From Candidatus Micrarchaeota archaeon (GTDB lineage Archaea > Micrarchaeota > Micrarchaeia > Micrarchaeales > CABMGC01): a DNA stretch of 64,000 bases. The stretch lies in NCBI GenBank assembly GCA_021852055.1, contig JAJZOD010000003.1, forward strand, positions 82,846 through 146,845, given 5' to 3'. This document shows, in pieces, positions 45,361 through 52,971 of this stretch; position 1 is the first letter of the stretch, and the number at the start of each line of letters is the position of its first letter. The notes below the pieces were generated by a model that had not been told where the DNA came from, ran no database searches, and saw only the letters and a list, made by a program, of their open reading frames with translations. A program made the translations under genes and the position numbers.

Positions 45361-45897
45361 TCAGCAGCTGAGGAGTGAAATTACATTGTAGCCATGCAGC
45401 TTGCTTCGGCCATCTAAAGCCTTTAGTTCAACAACAAAAGCCATTCCTGCGACAACGCCTCCGGCCTTTTCAACAAGCCTTGCAGCTGCAAGCGCAGTGC
45501 CCCCAGTTGCAAGAAGGTCGTCAACTATGAGTATAGCGCTCCCTTTTTCTAAAGCATCAGTATGAATGTCAAGCGCTGCTGAGCCGTACTCTAGCGAGTA
45601 CTCCTCGGATATTACGCTGTAAGGCAGCTTGCCTTTCTTTCTTGCAGGTATAAAGCCCTTCCCAAGCCTGTAAGCAAGCGCGCTTCCAAAGATGAAACCC
45701 CTTGCCTCTATCCCAATCACATAATCAAAATGCATGCCTGATACTGATTTAACTAACATCTCCACCGATTTCTTGAAAGCACCCCCGTCTTTGAGCAAAG
45801 GCGTAACGTCCTTGAATATTATGCCCTGCTTTGGGTAGTCCTTTATGTCGCGTATCCTGCTGAGCAGTTCATCTGCGTTGTTTCTGCTTATCGACAT
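45361..45897 (-). CDS. apt: Adenine phosphoribosyltransferase
   Basis: PRPP-binding loop ILIVDDLLATGGT, plus DYPKQGIIFKDVTPLL. Confidence 0.9.
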   Translation of the reverse strand: MSISRNNADELLSRIRDIKDYPKQGIIFKDVTPLLKDGGAFKKSVEMLVKSVSGMHFDYVIGIEARGFIFGSALAYRLGKGFIPARKKGKLPYSVISEEYSLEYGSAALDIHTDALEKGSAILIVDDLLATGGTALAAARLVEKAGGVVAGMAFVVELKALDGRSKLHGYNVISLLSC

Positions 45898-45974
45898 TTC
45901 GAAACGCCACTTTAAGCTATTTATACCTATTCATATAAACTTTACTATATAAATATGCTGTAAGGCAGATTATT

Positions 45975-46673
45975 ATGGCCGCAAGAAACGTCCCGAAGTC
46001 AATTGCACTTATACCAGATGGCAACAGGCGCTGGGCACGTGCTCATGCCTTCTCAATGTTTCAGGGTTACAGTTTGGGAGTCAAGAAGTTCATAGAGTTT
46101 TCAGAATGGTGCAAGGAGTACGGAATAAACAGTATAGCCGTATGGGCATTTTCAACAGAAAACTTCTCAAGGGACAGCCGCGAGGTGAAGACGCTGTTCA
46201 GCATATATACACGCATGGCAAAGGACAAGAGCATATTAAAAAGGCTGCACAAGAACCGGACCAGGCTGCGGATTTTAGGCAACAAAAAGATGCTTCCTAA
46301 GGATTTACTCAGTGCGCTACAGAAGATAGAGCGCGAGACCAGGGTGTACAAGGACAGGGTAATAAACATGCTTCTCGGTTACGGCGGCAAGGACGACATA
46401 CTGCATGCTGTCAGAATGTTATCAAAAGCGCCAGTCGAAGCAAAGCAGATAAACGAGGCATTTTTCAGGAAGTTTCTTATCACCAACGCAATGCCCGAGA
46501 TTGACCTTGTAATACGCACATCAGGAGAACAGCGATTATCCGGTCTGCTGCCCTGGCAGACAAGTTATTCTGAGCTTTACTTCACAAAGAAGCTCTGGCC
46601 TGACTTTACTAAAAAGGACCTGGATGCGGCGCTCTTAGATTACAATGAAAGGCAGCGCCGTTTCGGAAGGTAA
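45975..46673 (+). CDS. uppS: cis-Prenyltransferase (undecaprenyl/dolichyl diphosphate synthase)
   Basis: IPDGNRRWA...FSTENF.R...IRTSGEQRLS. Confidence 0.9.
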   Translation: MAARNVPKSIALIPDGNRRWARAHAFSMFQGYSLGVKKFIEFSEWCKEYGINSIAVWAFSTENFSRDSREVKTLFSIYTRMAKDKSILKRLHKNRTRLRILGNKKMLPKDLLSALQKIERETRVYKDRVINMLLGYGGKDDILHAVRMLSKAPVEAKQINEAFFRKFLITNAMPEIDLVIRTSGEQRLSGLLPWQTSYSELYFTKKLWPDFTKKDLDAALLDYNERQRRFGR

Positions 46674-46681
46674 GTGTTTCG

Positions 46682-48526
46682 ATGCCTGATGGAAGACGGG
46701 ACGTTACCCATTTTACCAGATATTTCAGATTAGATGCTCCAAAGGCACAGTATCTTGCGCTTGTTATAATTCTTCTTGGAATCATTGCTGGCATAGCGAT
46801 GGAGCTTATTCTCCATTCAACATACAGCCAAGGCACTGCGCTTTCAATCATATACGGCGCCAGTTCAGGAATAGTTGTCATATCGCTGCCTGCAATACTC
46901 ACAGCCCTGCTTTTAAAAGGAATGCGACGAAAGCTTAAGCTCAAACACAGCTTTGTCGCAGTGCTTGCCATAACAACAGTGTACTGCCTATTTCTTATTA
47001 TAATGTCAGCAGTTTTCAGGTTTACCCATAACTATGCCCTTGCATATCTTGTGCTTCTGCTCAGCAATGCAGGCATATACGGATACTGGTTCATGATAAA
47101 TCGCGTTGTGCTAAATCAACGGAAGAGCCAGGTGCTTACTGCTGCAGTACAACCCATGCTTAATATACTCCTGTATCTGCCTGCTAGCCCATATCTTCTT
47201 GCAATTCAGATACCTGTAAATGTACTGCTAATCAAACTTTGGGCTGGGATGCTGGTGTTTATGTTTTGCGGTTATGCCATTCTCTATGTAATGGACAGGC
47301 CTGCAAAGCGCCAGCTAAATTTTAGCGGGGTTGATCTTATGTCCAGCATGATACATCAGTGGCTTTATGACGCTAATATAAGCAAAAGCAATGATGCACT
47401 TGAAGGCTCCGGAGTCAAAAGGGACGTTCCTGTGCAGATGCTTTCGATCTTCAGCAATGGCACTCCGAAAGCTGTTTTCGTCAAGCCTGAGATACATTAT
47501 GGGCCCATAAAAGGCGTAGGCGGCAGTGCAGCTACAGAGTACATCGGAGCAGGCATACTATGCGAGGGCGCGGTGCCCTTTGTAATGCACGGCCTTGTTA
47601 ACATAGAGGACAATCCCATAAGCAACAGCCAGATACCGCAAATATCAAAGGCAGTCGCAAAAAGCCTAGGAGCTCAGCGCACAAAAGCATCAGCTGCGTA
47701 CGGTTCCATAGGCACCGGCAGCTCCGGCCCGTGCACTGCCACAGCCATCCGTGTAAATGATTCATGCATAGTAGTACTTACCAAGGCGCCTATGATAACA
47801 GAAGATATAAACAGGGATGTCGGTATAAGCTTTACCGAGATTGCAAAAGGCTATGTCAAGAATGCCATAGTAATAGATGCACACAACTCTAGATTCGAGT
47901 CTGCACCTGCCGATGAGCTTCTAGGCGTATACAAGGACAGCAAGTACGTGGCCATGTATAAAAATGCCATAACATCTGCAATGAAGTCTGTGTCAACAGG
48001 CAGGCAGCAGCGCCTTATGTTTGGCAGTGCATCGGCGCCGACTGAGAGCAAGCCCAAAGCCAGGGACATCGGCAACGGCCCTCTTAGCGCATGCGTGTTT
48101 GCATACGGCAGGAAGCGCTTCTGCATGGTTTATTTTGATGCAAACAACATGCTACCCAGTTTCCGCTCTGAAGTTCTGAAACACATAAAAAACAAGTTCG
48201 GAATAGATGCCGAGCTGTGCACTACCGATACACACGCAGTAAACACGCTATCGCTTCCTGCAAGCAATGTCTTGGGGAGGGAGACAAGGCCGAGTGCGGT
48301 GTTGCCCGTGATAGATGCACTTATAACAAAATCGCTGTCCTGCATGAAACCTGTGCATGCGTCATATTCAGAGCCTACACTTAAAAATTTCAAGGTGTGG
48401 GGCAAAGGGTCCGAAGATCTTATGATAAAGGTAAGCCGTGATGTGATCCATACTGGAAAGCGAAGGCTGCCTCTGATAATAACGGGATTCTTCATACTTG
48501 CAATGTGGATAATATACGTGGCGTGA
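46682..48526 (+). CDS. Large membrane protein (N-terminal multi-TM region, soluble domain, C-terminal TM helix), possibly DUF2070 family
   Basis: Architecture only. It starts 9 nt after uppS, and the next gene starts 2 nt after it ends. Confidence 0.45.
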   Translation: MPDGRRDVTHFTRYFRLDAPKAQYLALVIILLGIIAGIAMELILHSTYSQGTALSIIYGASSGIVVISLPAILTALLLKGMRRKLKLKHSFVAVLAITTVYCLFLIIMSAVFRFTHNYALAYLVLLLSNAGIYGYWFMINRVVLNQRKSQVLTAAVQPMLNILLYLPASPYLLAIQIPVNVLLIKLWAGMLVFMFCGYAILYVMDRPAKRQLNFSGVDLMSSMIHQWLYDANISKSNDALEGSGVKRDVPVQMLSIFSNGTPKAVFVKPEIHYGPIKGVGGSAATEYIGAGILCEGAVPFVMHGLVNIEDNPISNSQIPQISKAVAKSLGAQRTKASAAYGSIGTGSSGPCTATAIRVNDSCIVVLTKAPMITEDINRDVGISFTEIAKGYVKNAIVIDAHNSRFESAPADELLGVYKDSKYVAMYKNAITSAMKSVSTGRQQRLMFGSASAPTESKPKARDIGNGPLSACVFAYGRKRFCMVYFDANNMLPSFRSEVLKHIKNKFGIDAELCTTDTHAVNTLSLPASNVLGRETRPSAVLPVIDALITKSLSCMKPVHASYSEPTLKNFKVWGKGSEDLMIKVSRDVIHTGKRRLPLIITGFFILAMWIIYVA

Positions 48527-48527
48527 C

Positions 48528-49445
48528 ATGGCATATACAACAATAATACTTTACATAATTGCGCTTGCCTTAGTAGCGTACAAGGCTGTGTCAGTAAAGG
48601 ACACAAAGGAGCTCCTGCTGTTCATGGCGTTACTTGTTGCATCGTGGCTGCTTTTCAATTACGAAGGCTATTCAGCAATCACGACGACCCTTCTAAGCGG
48701 CTTTATAATATTCAATGCCATTACCTCATTCTACGGCAAGGCATGGGGCAGCGCATTGCTTCTCCTTGCTGCATACTACCTTTTTGCAACTTGGGGAATA
48801 AGCACAGGCATTGTCCTTCAATCTGCAGTTATAGGTGCACTGAGCACCACGCGCATGTATTCCAAATCCAAGCACAGAAAAGCAGAGGCTAAAGTTGAGA
48901 ATATGCGCAACATCTTTCAGATAGCTGCCGGAATATTTTTCATACTGCTATTTATATTTGTACAGCAGCAGTACGCATCGATACTGCTTCTGCTCGTATT
49001 CATGGCCGGCGTAGCCATAAGCAACTATACAATGAGCTCCAAAAACGGCGGCGTGTTCGATGTCCTCTCGCGTATGGAGCGGGAAGGCTTCGATTTCGGG
49101 CATGGCGCATTTTGGCTCGGGGTAGGTGCGCTTTTTGCTGCAGCATTCCTTAATGCGAATATGGTGCTTGTTGTGTTTTCTGCAATATTCTTCGGGGACT
49201 CATTTTCTACAATACTAGGGGTGCACTACGGCCATGTAAAACTGCCGTACAACAAAAAGAAAAGCGTGATAGGCACTGCCTCATATTTTGCCATAGTGCT
49301 TCTAATGTCATTTCCTATACTCTCCTACTTGGCATTGCCTGTTGCTGCTCTCGCTGCACTAGTTGAAAGCCTGCCGATACCTCTGGATGACAACTTTGAT
49401 GTTTCACTTGTGCTTTCAATAATTCTGCAGCTATTTTTGGTATAG
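48528..49445 (+). CDS. Polyprenol (dolichol) kinase / CTP-dependent CdsA-superfamily membrane enzyme
   Basis: FFGDSFSTILGVHYGHVKLPYNKKKSVIGTASYF matches the GDxxAxxxGxxxG...K.S.EG motif of dolichol kinase/CdsA. Confidence 0.6.
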   Translation: MAYTTIILYIIALALVAYKAVSVKDTKELLLFMALLVASWLLFNYEGYSAITTTLLSGFIIFNAITSFYGKAWGSALLLLAAYYLFATWGISTGIVLQSAVIGALSTTRMYSKSKHRKAEAKVENMRNIFQIAAGIFFILLFIFVQQQYASILLLLVFMAGVAISNYTMSSKNGGVFDVLSRMEREGFDFGHGAFWLGVGALFAAAFLNANMVLVVFSAIFFGDSFSTILGVHYGHVKLPYNKKKSVIGTASYFAIVLLMSFPILSYLALPVAALAALVESLPIPLDDNFDVSLVLSIILQLFLV

Positions 49446-49478
49446 AAAAGCACATCAGCAACGGTTACATCCAGTGCA

Positions 49479-49501
49479 TTTATTTCAGAGCCTGAAATAA
49501 A
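49479..49501. terminator. 10-bp-stem hairpin with T-rich arms between convergent genes. Possible bidirectional terminator
   Basis: TTTATTTCAG-agc-CTGAAATAAA gives an oligo-T run on both strands (TTTATTT on plus, TTTTTATTT on minus). Confidence 0.3.
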
Positions 49502-49611
49502 AACAACGTTCTGCCTTGGATATGTGACTGATCCATAATGTTTACTGGCAGAAGCAAAACAAGAAAATAATAAGGCATATGCCTGCAACCAGCATCTGTG
49601 ATGGAATGCAG

Positions 49612-50130
49612 CTACACTCTCCTCCCGCGCCTTCCGCCGGGCCTCTTTGTAGTGTCTGTAGGCATCGGTGTAACGTCCTCTATGCTCCCTATTCTGAAGC
49701 CTGATCTCGCAAGCGCTCTTACTACTGCCTGTGCTCCATGCCCGGGCGTTTTAGAATTATGGCCTCCGGGCGCCCTTATTTTAATATTTATGTGTGTGAC
49801 TCCTTTTTCTATTGCTGTTGCAGCAACCTTATACGCAGCCTGCGTTGCCGCATACGGCGAACCCTCTTCGTGATCTGTATCTACAACCATACCTCCGCTG
49901 CCTATGGCTATAGTTTCAGCTCCCGACAAGTCTGTAAGCGTTATTATTGTGTTGTTTTTGCTTGAGTATATGTGCGCAACGCCCCATCTCGTGCCTTTCT
50001 GTTTGTACTTCTCCTGCGCAGCCGCAACAACATTCTCGTAAGACACTTCGCTCTTTTTGGTCTGCTGCTGCTCCGTCTTTCCTTGTTTTTCTGTCTTTTT
50101 CTGTTTCGGTGCGCCTTTTTCTTTCGCCAT
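49612..50130 (-). CDS. rps11: 30S ribosomal protein S11 with a ~45-aa Lys/Gln-rich N-terminal extension
   Basis: [20 protein letters not shown]...[23 protein letters not shown]. Confidence 0.9.
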   Translation of the reverse strand: MAKEKGAPKQKKTEKQGKTEQQQTKKSEVSYENVVAAAQEKYKQKGTRWGVAHIYSSKNNTIITLTDLSGAETIAIGSGGMVVDTDHEEGSPYAATQAAYKVAATAIEKGVTHINIKIRAPGGHNSKTPGHGAQAVVRALARSGFRIGSIEDVTPMPTDTTKRPGGRRGRRV

Positions 50131-50139
50131 TAAATCACA

Positions 50140-50709
50140 TCATGCTCCAGTAACTGCCTCCCCTGTTTCTGCGTGCGCAGTATTGTGCTCTGCAGTCTGT
50201 GCCTGTGTTTCTGGGGCCGCCTGCTGCACGAACTCTATCTTAATCGGTTTGTAATATGATATCTCGCTTTCTTCGTCCCTTTTTACTATGTATCCAGGAC
50301 TTCTTACCTTTCTGCCATTTATGGCTATAAATCCGTGCGCTACAAGCTGCCTTGACTGCCTAAGGGTCTTTGCCATGCCTTTCCTGTAAACAACAGTCTG
50401 CAGCCTTCGTTCAAGAAGCGCTTCAGGCTTTATTACAAGTATGTCGTCAAATGCCGCACCGTCGCTGACTATGCCTTGCCTCGCAAGCCTTGCTACTATA
50501 TCCTTTCCTACGTTGTCAGCGGCACTGCCTGAAAGCACATCCCTGATGTGCCTTCTTATGCGCCGTATCTCGCTCGCTGCTTTCCACAGTTCGCCTAAAT
50601 TCTTAAGTCCGTAATTATCGCGCAGTTTGTGCTCCTCCTCTATTCTCTGCTTGTTCCACATGGCCGATGGCCTTTCGTATTTCTTCCTTGTTCTTTTAGG
50701 CGATCCCAT
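50140..50709 (-). CDS. rps4: 30S ribosomal protein S4 with a C-terminal low-complexity tail
   Basis: MGSPKRTRKKYERP... plus an S4 RNA-binding domain (LQTVVYRKGMAKTLRQSRQLVAHGFIAINGRKV). Confidence 0.9.
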   Translation of the reverse strand: MGSPKRTRKKYERPSAMWNKQRIEEEHKLRDNYGLKNLGELWKAASEIRRIRRHIRDVLSGSAADNVGKDIVARLARQGIVSDGAAFDDILVIKPEALLERRLQTVVYRKGMAKTLRQSRQLVAHGFIAINGRKVRSPGYIVKRDEESEISYYKPIKIEFVQQAAPETQAQTAEHNTAHAETGEAVTGA

Positions 50710-50713
50710 TTAC

Positions 50714-51343
50714 TCACTTTGACTCTTTTGCCGAAGCTGCAGCAGGTGCAGCCGCTGCAGGCTTGGCCTCTTCAGAAGGGCCTTTTGCCTGCTTAAGCCC
50801 TGCTCCCTTGCCCTTATCCTCAGCTTTTCCTGGCACTGCAGGCTGTTGTGCTGATTTCTTCATAACTCCGATAGTGGTTCCTGTCCTGCCAGTGTTTCTC
50901 GTGCGCTGTCCTCTTGCGCGCTGGCCGTACTGGTGCCTTGTCCCGATCCACGTCTGTGTTTTTATGCCCATGTCTATATCCTGCCTTGTTTTCACTATTA
51001 AATCTGTTCCTGCAACGTGCATATCCATCCCTGTCTCCAGGTCTCTGCGTCTGTTGAGCATATAAGCAGGCACACCTGACTTTGCCGGCTCTTTTATCAA
51101 ACCTTCAAGCTGTGCAACCTGCGTATCAGAAAGCGCACCGAGCTTGGTATCTTCAGGCACATTGTATGTGGCAGCGTAGCCTTTTGCAATAGCGCTCGCC
51201 ATGTTGTATCCTATGCCTTTTATCTGCATAAGTCCGCGCATGACGTTGTAGTTGCCGTTTATGTCGCGCCCTGCCATTCTAATTATGCTTGACTCTACCT
51301 TCTCTCTCTTCTGCTCCTTGCCTTTCTGTTCTTTATTATCCAT
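50714..51343 (-). CDS. rps13: 30S ribosomal protein S13 (start re-assigned to Met22 of the ORF-track model) with an Ala/Lys/Pro-rich C-terminal tail
   Basis: IIRMAGRDINGNYNVMRGLMQIKGIGYNMA... The upstream 21 codons of the ORF-track model overlap a tRNA-Ser 3' exon and intron. A TATA box lies between the tRNA and the ATG at 51343. Confidence 0.85.
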   Translation of the reverse strand: MDNKEQKGKEQKREKVESSIIRMAGRDINGNYNVMRGLMQIKGIGYNMASAIAKGYAATYNVPEDTKLGALSDTQVAQLEGLIKEPAKSGVPAYMLNRRRDLETGMDMHVAGTDLIVKTRQDIDMGIKTQTWIGTRHQYGQRARGQRTRNTGRTGTTIGVMKKSAQQPAVPGKAEDKGKGAGLKQAKGPSEEAKPAAAAPAAASAKESK

Positions 51344-51358
51344 TATTGCACCAATGCC

Positions 51359-51367
51359 TTTTATAAA
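51359..51367 (-). promoter_or_regulatory. TATA box (TTTATAAAA on the minus strand) about 16-24 nt upstream of the rps13 ATG, implying a leaderless or near-leaderless transcript
   Basis: Read directly from the sequence. It sits immediately 3' of the tRNA-Ser discriminator base. Confidence 0.5.
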
Positions 51368-51496
51368 CGCCAGGGCTGGGATTTCCACAAACTTCTGCAT
51401 ATGCAAAAGTCCATTTTGAACCCAGGTGGCTCATAGAGCCATACGCTTCCGGGTATGTTTCCAGGCGTACGCATTACCGGATTCTGCCACCCTGGC
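51368..51496 (-). tRNA. tRNA-Ser(GGA), class II, with two introns: 11 nt at 37/38 (51448-51458) and ~33 nt inside the T-loop (about 51382-51414)
   Basis: Manual parse: GCCAGGG-TG-GCA[GAATCCGGTAA]TGC-G-TACGC-CTGGAA[ACATACCCGGA]A-GCGTA. The variable arm is T-GGCTC-TAT-GAGCC-AC. The T arm is CTGGG-TTCAAA[ATGG..hairpin..GGAAA]T-CCCAG. Then CCCTGGC-G. All four stems are fully complementary once the inserts are removed, and the mature length is 85 nt. Confidence 0.75.
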
Positions 51497-52136
51497 AAGT
51501 TCATCTATTAATTATACTTCTCAATATTTAAAAGTACGTATGTTAGTATTGACCCTAATTATATGTGACATCCTCCCACTGATAAATCGTGTGGGCTTCT
51601 CAAGTGAAACATGAATATAAAATTATCTGCAAAAAGGTATATATATGTTTGTAACTGTTTGCAACAAAATCTTATTATACGGCGGGACACGTCGAAATCT
51701 ACGATCAGGGAGATTTTGTAAGACCTCAATTCCATGAGGCAATTTTTGCTGAACTGAGAGCATACCACGTGAAACATGGTTTGATGCCATTTTCTCCAGA
51801 ATGGAAAAAGGGAATTTTCCTAGATGAAGATTCGTCTAATGATTCTAGGCTACTATTTATACAGTTCGCTTTCATCCCACCTATAAATGATGTGTGATTT
51901 CCAGCTCACTTTGTTAAATCTTACTTTTGCCGTCTCTGCCAAAAATTCTAGCATCTAAACGGTCTTGTTGTGCTGCTTGATAATACCTCCTCTTCCTATT
52001 TCACTCAGTTTCCCAGCCTTTTTGGCAGATTCGGAGTTTTTAACAAGTTCTTCCAGTGCATCTAATAAGATGTTGTTAAATGCATATTAAATAAATTAAA
52101 ATAAAAAACAATAAAAAGATAACACAGTCCGCAGTA

Positions 52137-52316
52137 CTAATTTCTTTGCTCTATTGCTGCTGCCAACTGCTCCTCCTTAAGGTCTGCACACACGTTGCAT
52201 GACGCAACATGTTCCTTTGCCTTGGCAATGACTTCCTCCCTTGCATCAGATGCAAACTGGAAGTCGCAGTTCTTTCCTGCTTTCCTCGCGGAAAAGCTGT
52301 ATTTTCCTTCTGTCAT
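52137..52316 (-). CDS. DUF1059-family small protein (second paralog in the window)
   Basis: MTEGKYSFSARKAGKNCDFQF...AKEHVASCNVCADL. The ORF-track start at 52343 is a TTG and the first ATG is at 52316. Confidence 0.55.
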   Translation of the reverse strand: MTEGKYSFSARKAGKNCDFQFASDAREEVIAKAKEHVASCNVCADLKEEQLAAAIEQRN

Positions 52317-52357
52317 TTCATCACTATCCTGCTTTTGTTGCAAATGTTATTTATAAT

Positions 52358-52397
52358 ATATGAAATAATTTCATATGTAAAGTAAACATATGTTTAC
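52358..52397. promoter_or_regulatory. Two perfect palindromes in the divergent DUF1059/arsR intergenic region. Candidate ArsR-family operators
   Basis: ATATGAAAT-A-ATTTCATAT (52358-52376) and GTAAACATATGTTTAC (52382-52397). Confidence 0.4.
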
Positions 52398-52495
52398 GCA
52401 GATAAACGAAATGCATGCTGCAAAACGCCTGCAAACATAACCTTTTTAGCTATTATCAAATAAGTATTTACTGGAATCTATCCGGAGCTGTTTAA

Positions 52496-52906
52496 ATGAA
52501 AGACATTGCAACTTTATTTTCAGATGCTTTTGGCAGCAAAAGCCGGTTCAAGATTCTGGATGTTCTTGCTAGCAGGCAGTACTCGGTAAACGACATAGCG
52601 CGTATCTCCGGCCTAAGCCAAACTAACGTTTCGCATAATCTCCGACTGCTATCTGACTACAAGATAGTCAACCAGAAGGTAATCGGGAAATCACACATAT
52701 ATTACATAAATGACAACCTAGAAGGATTTGTGGTGTCTGTGCTAAAAAATGCCAAAAAGCACGAAAAAGCGCTCAAGACTACTGCCATACTGGCGTTTGC
52801 CGTGGTCCTTGCGACAAAGCCCTTACTTACTCATGAGGTCGGCACATTTACCTATCAGTCTTCGTTTAGCCTTTTCAGTACATTCAGGCTAATTCTGTTC
52901 AACTGA
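52496..52906 (+). CDS. ArsR/SmtB-family wHTH regulator with a hydrophobic C-terminal segment
   Basis: RFKILDVLASRQYSVNDIARISGLSQTNVSHNLRLLSDYKIV. Confidence 0.8.
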   Translation: MKDIATLFSDAFGSKSRFKILDVLASRQYSVNDIARISGLSQTNVSHNLRLLSDYKIVNQKVIGKSHIYYINDNLEGFVVSVLKNAKKHEKALKTTAILAFAVVLATKPLLTHEVGTFTYQSSFSLFSTFRLILFN

Positions 52907-52971
52907 CCTCTTTTAGCTTTATGCATCTTATTTAGCTTAGCTATTTATTCTTTTAAGTATTATAGCGATTT

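Noticed and set aside
51344-51406. 21-codon N-terminal extension of the S13 ORF (MHMQKFVEIPALAFIKGIGAI)
   Set aside because: It overlaps the T-loop intron and 3' exon of tRNA-Ser(GGA) and a TATA box. The conserved S13 sequence starts after Met22.
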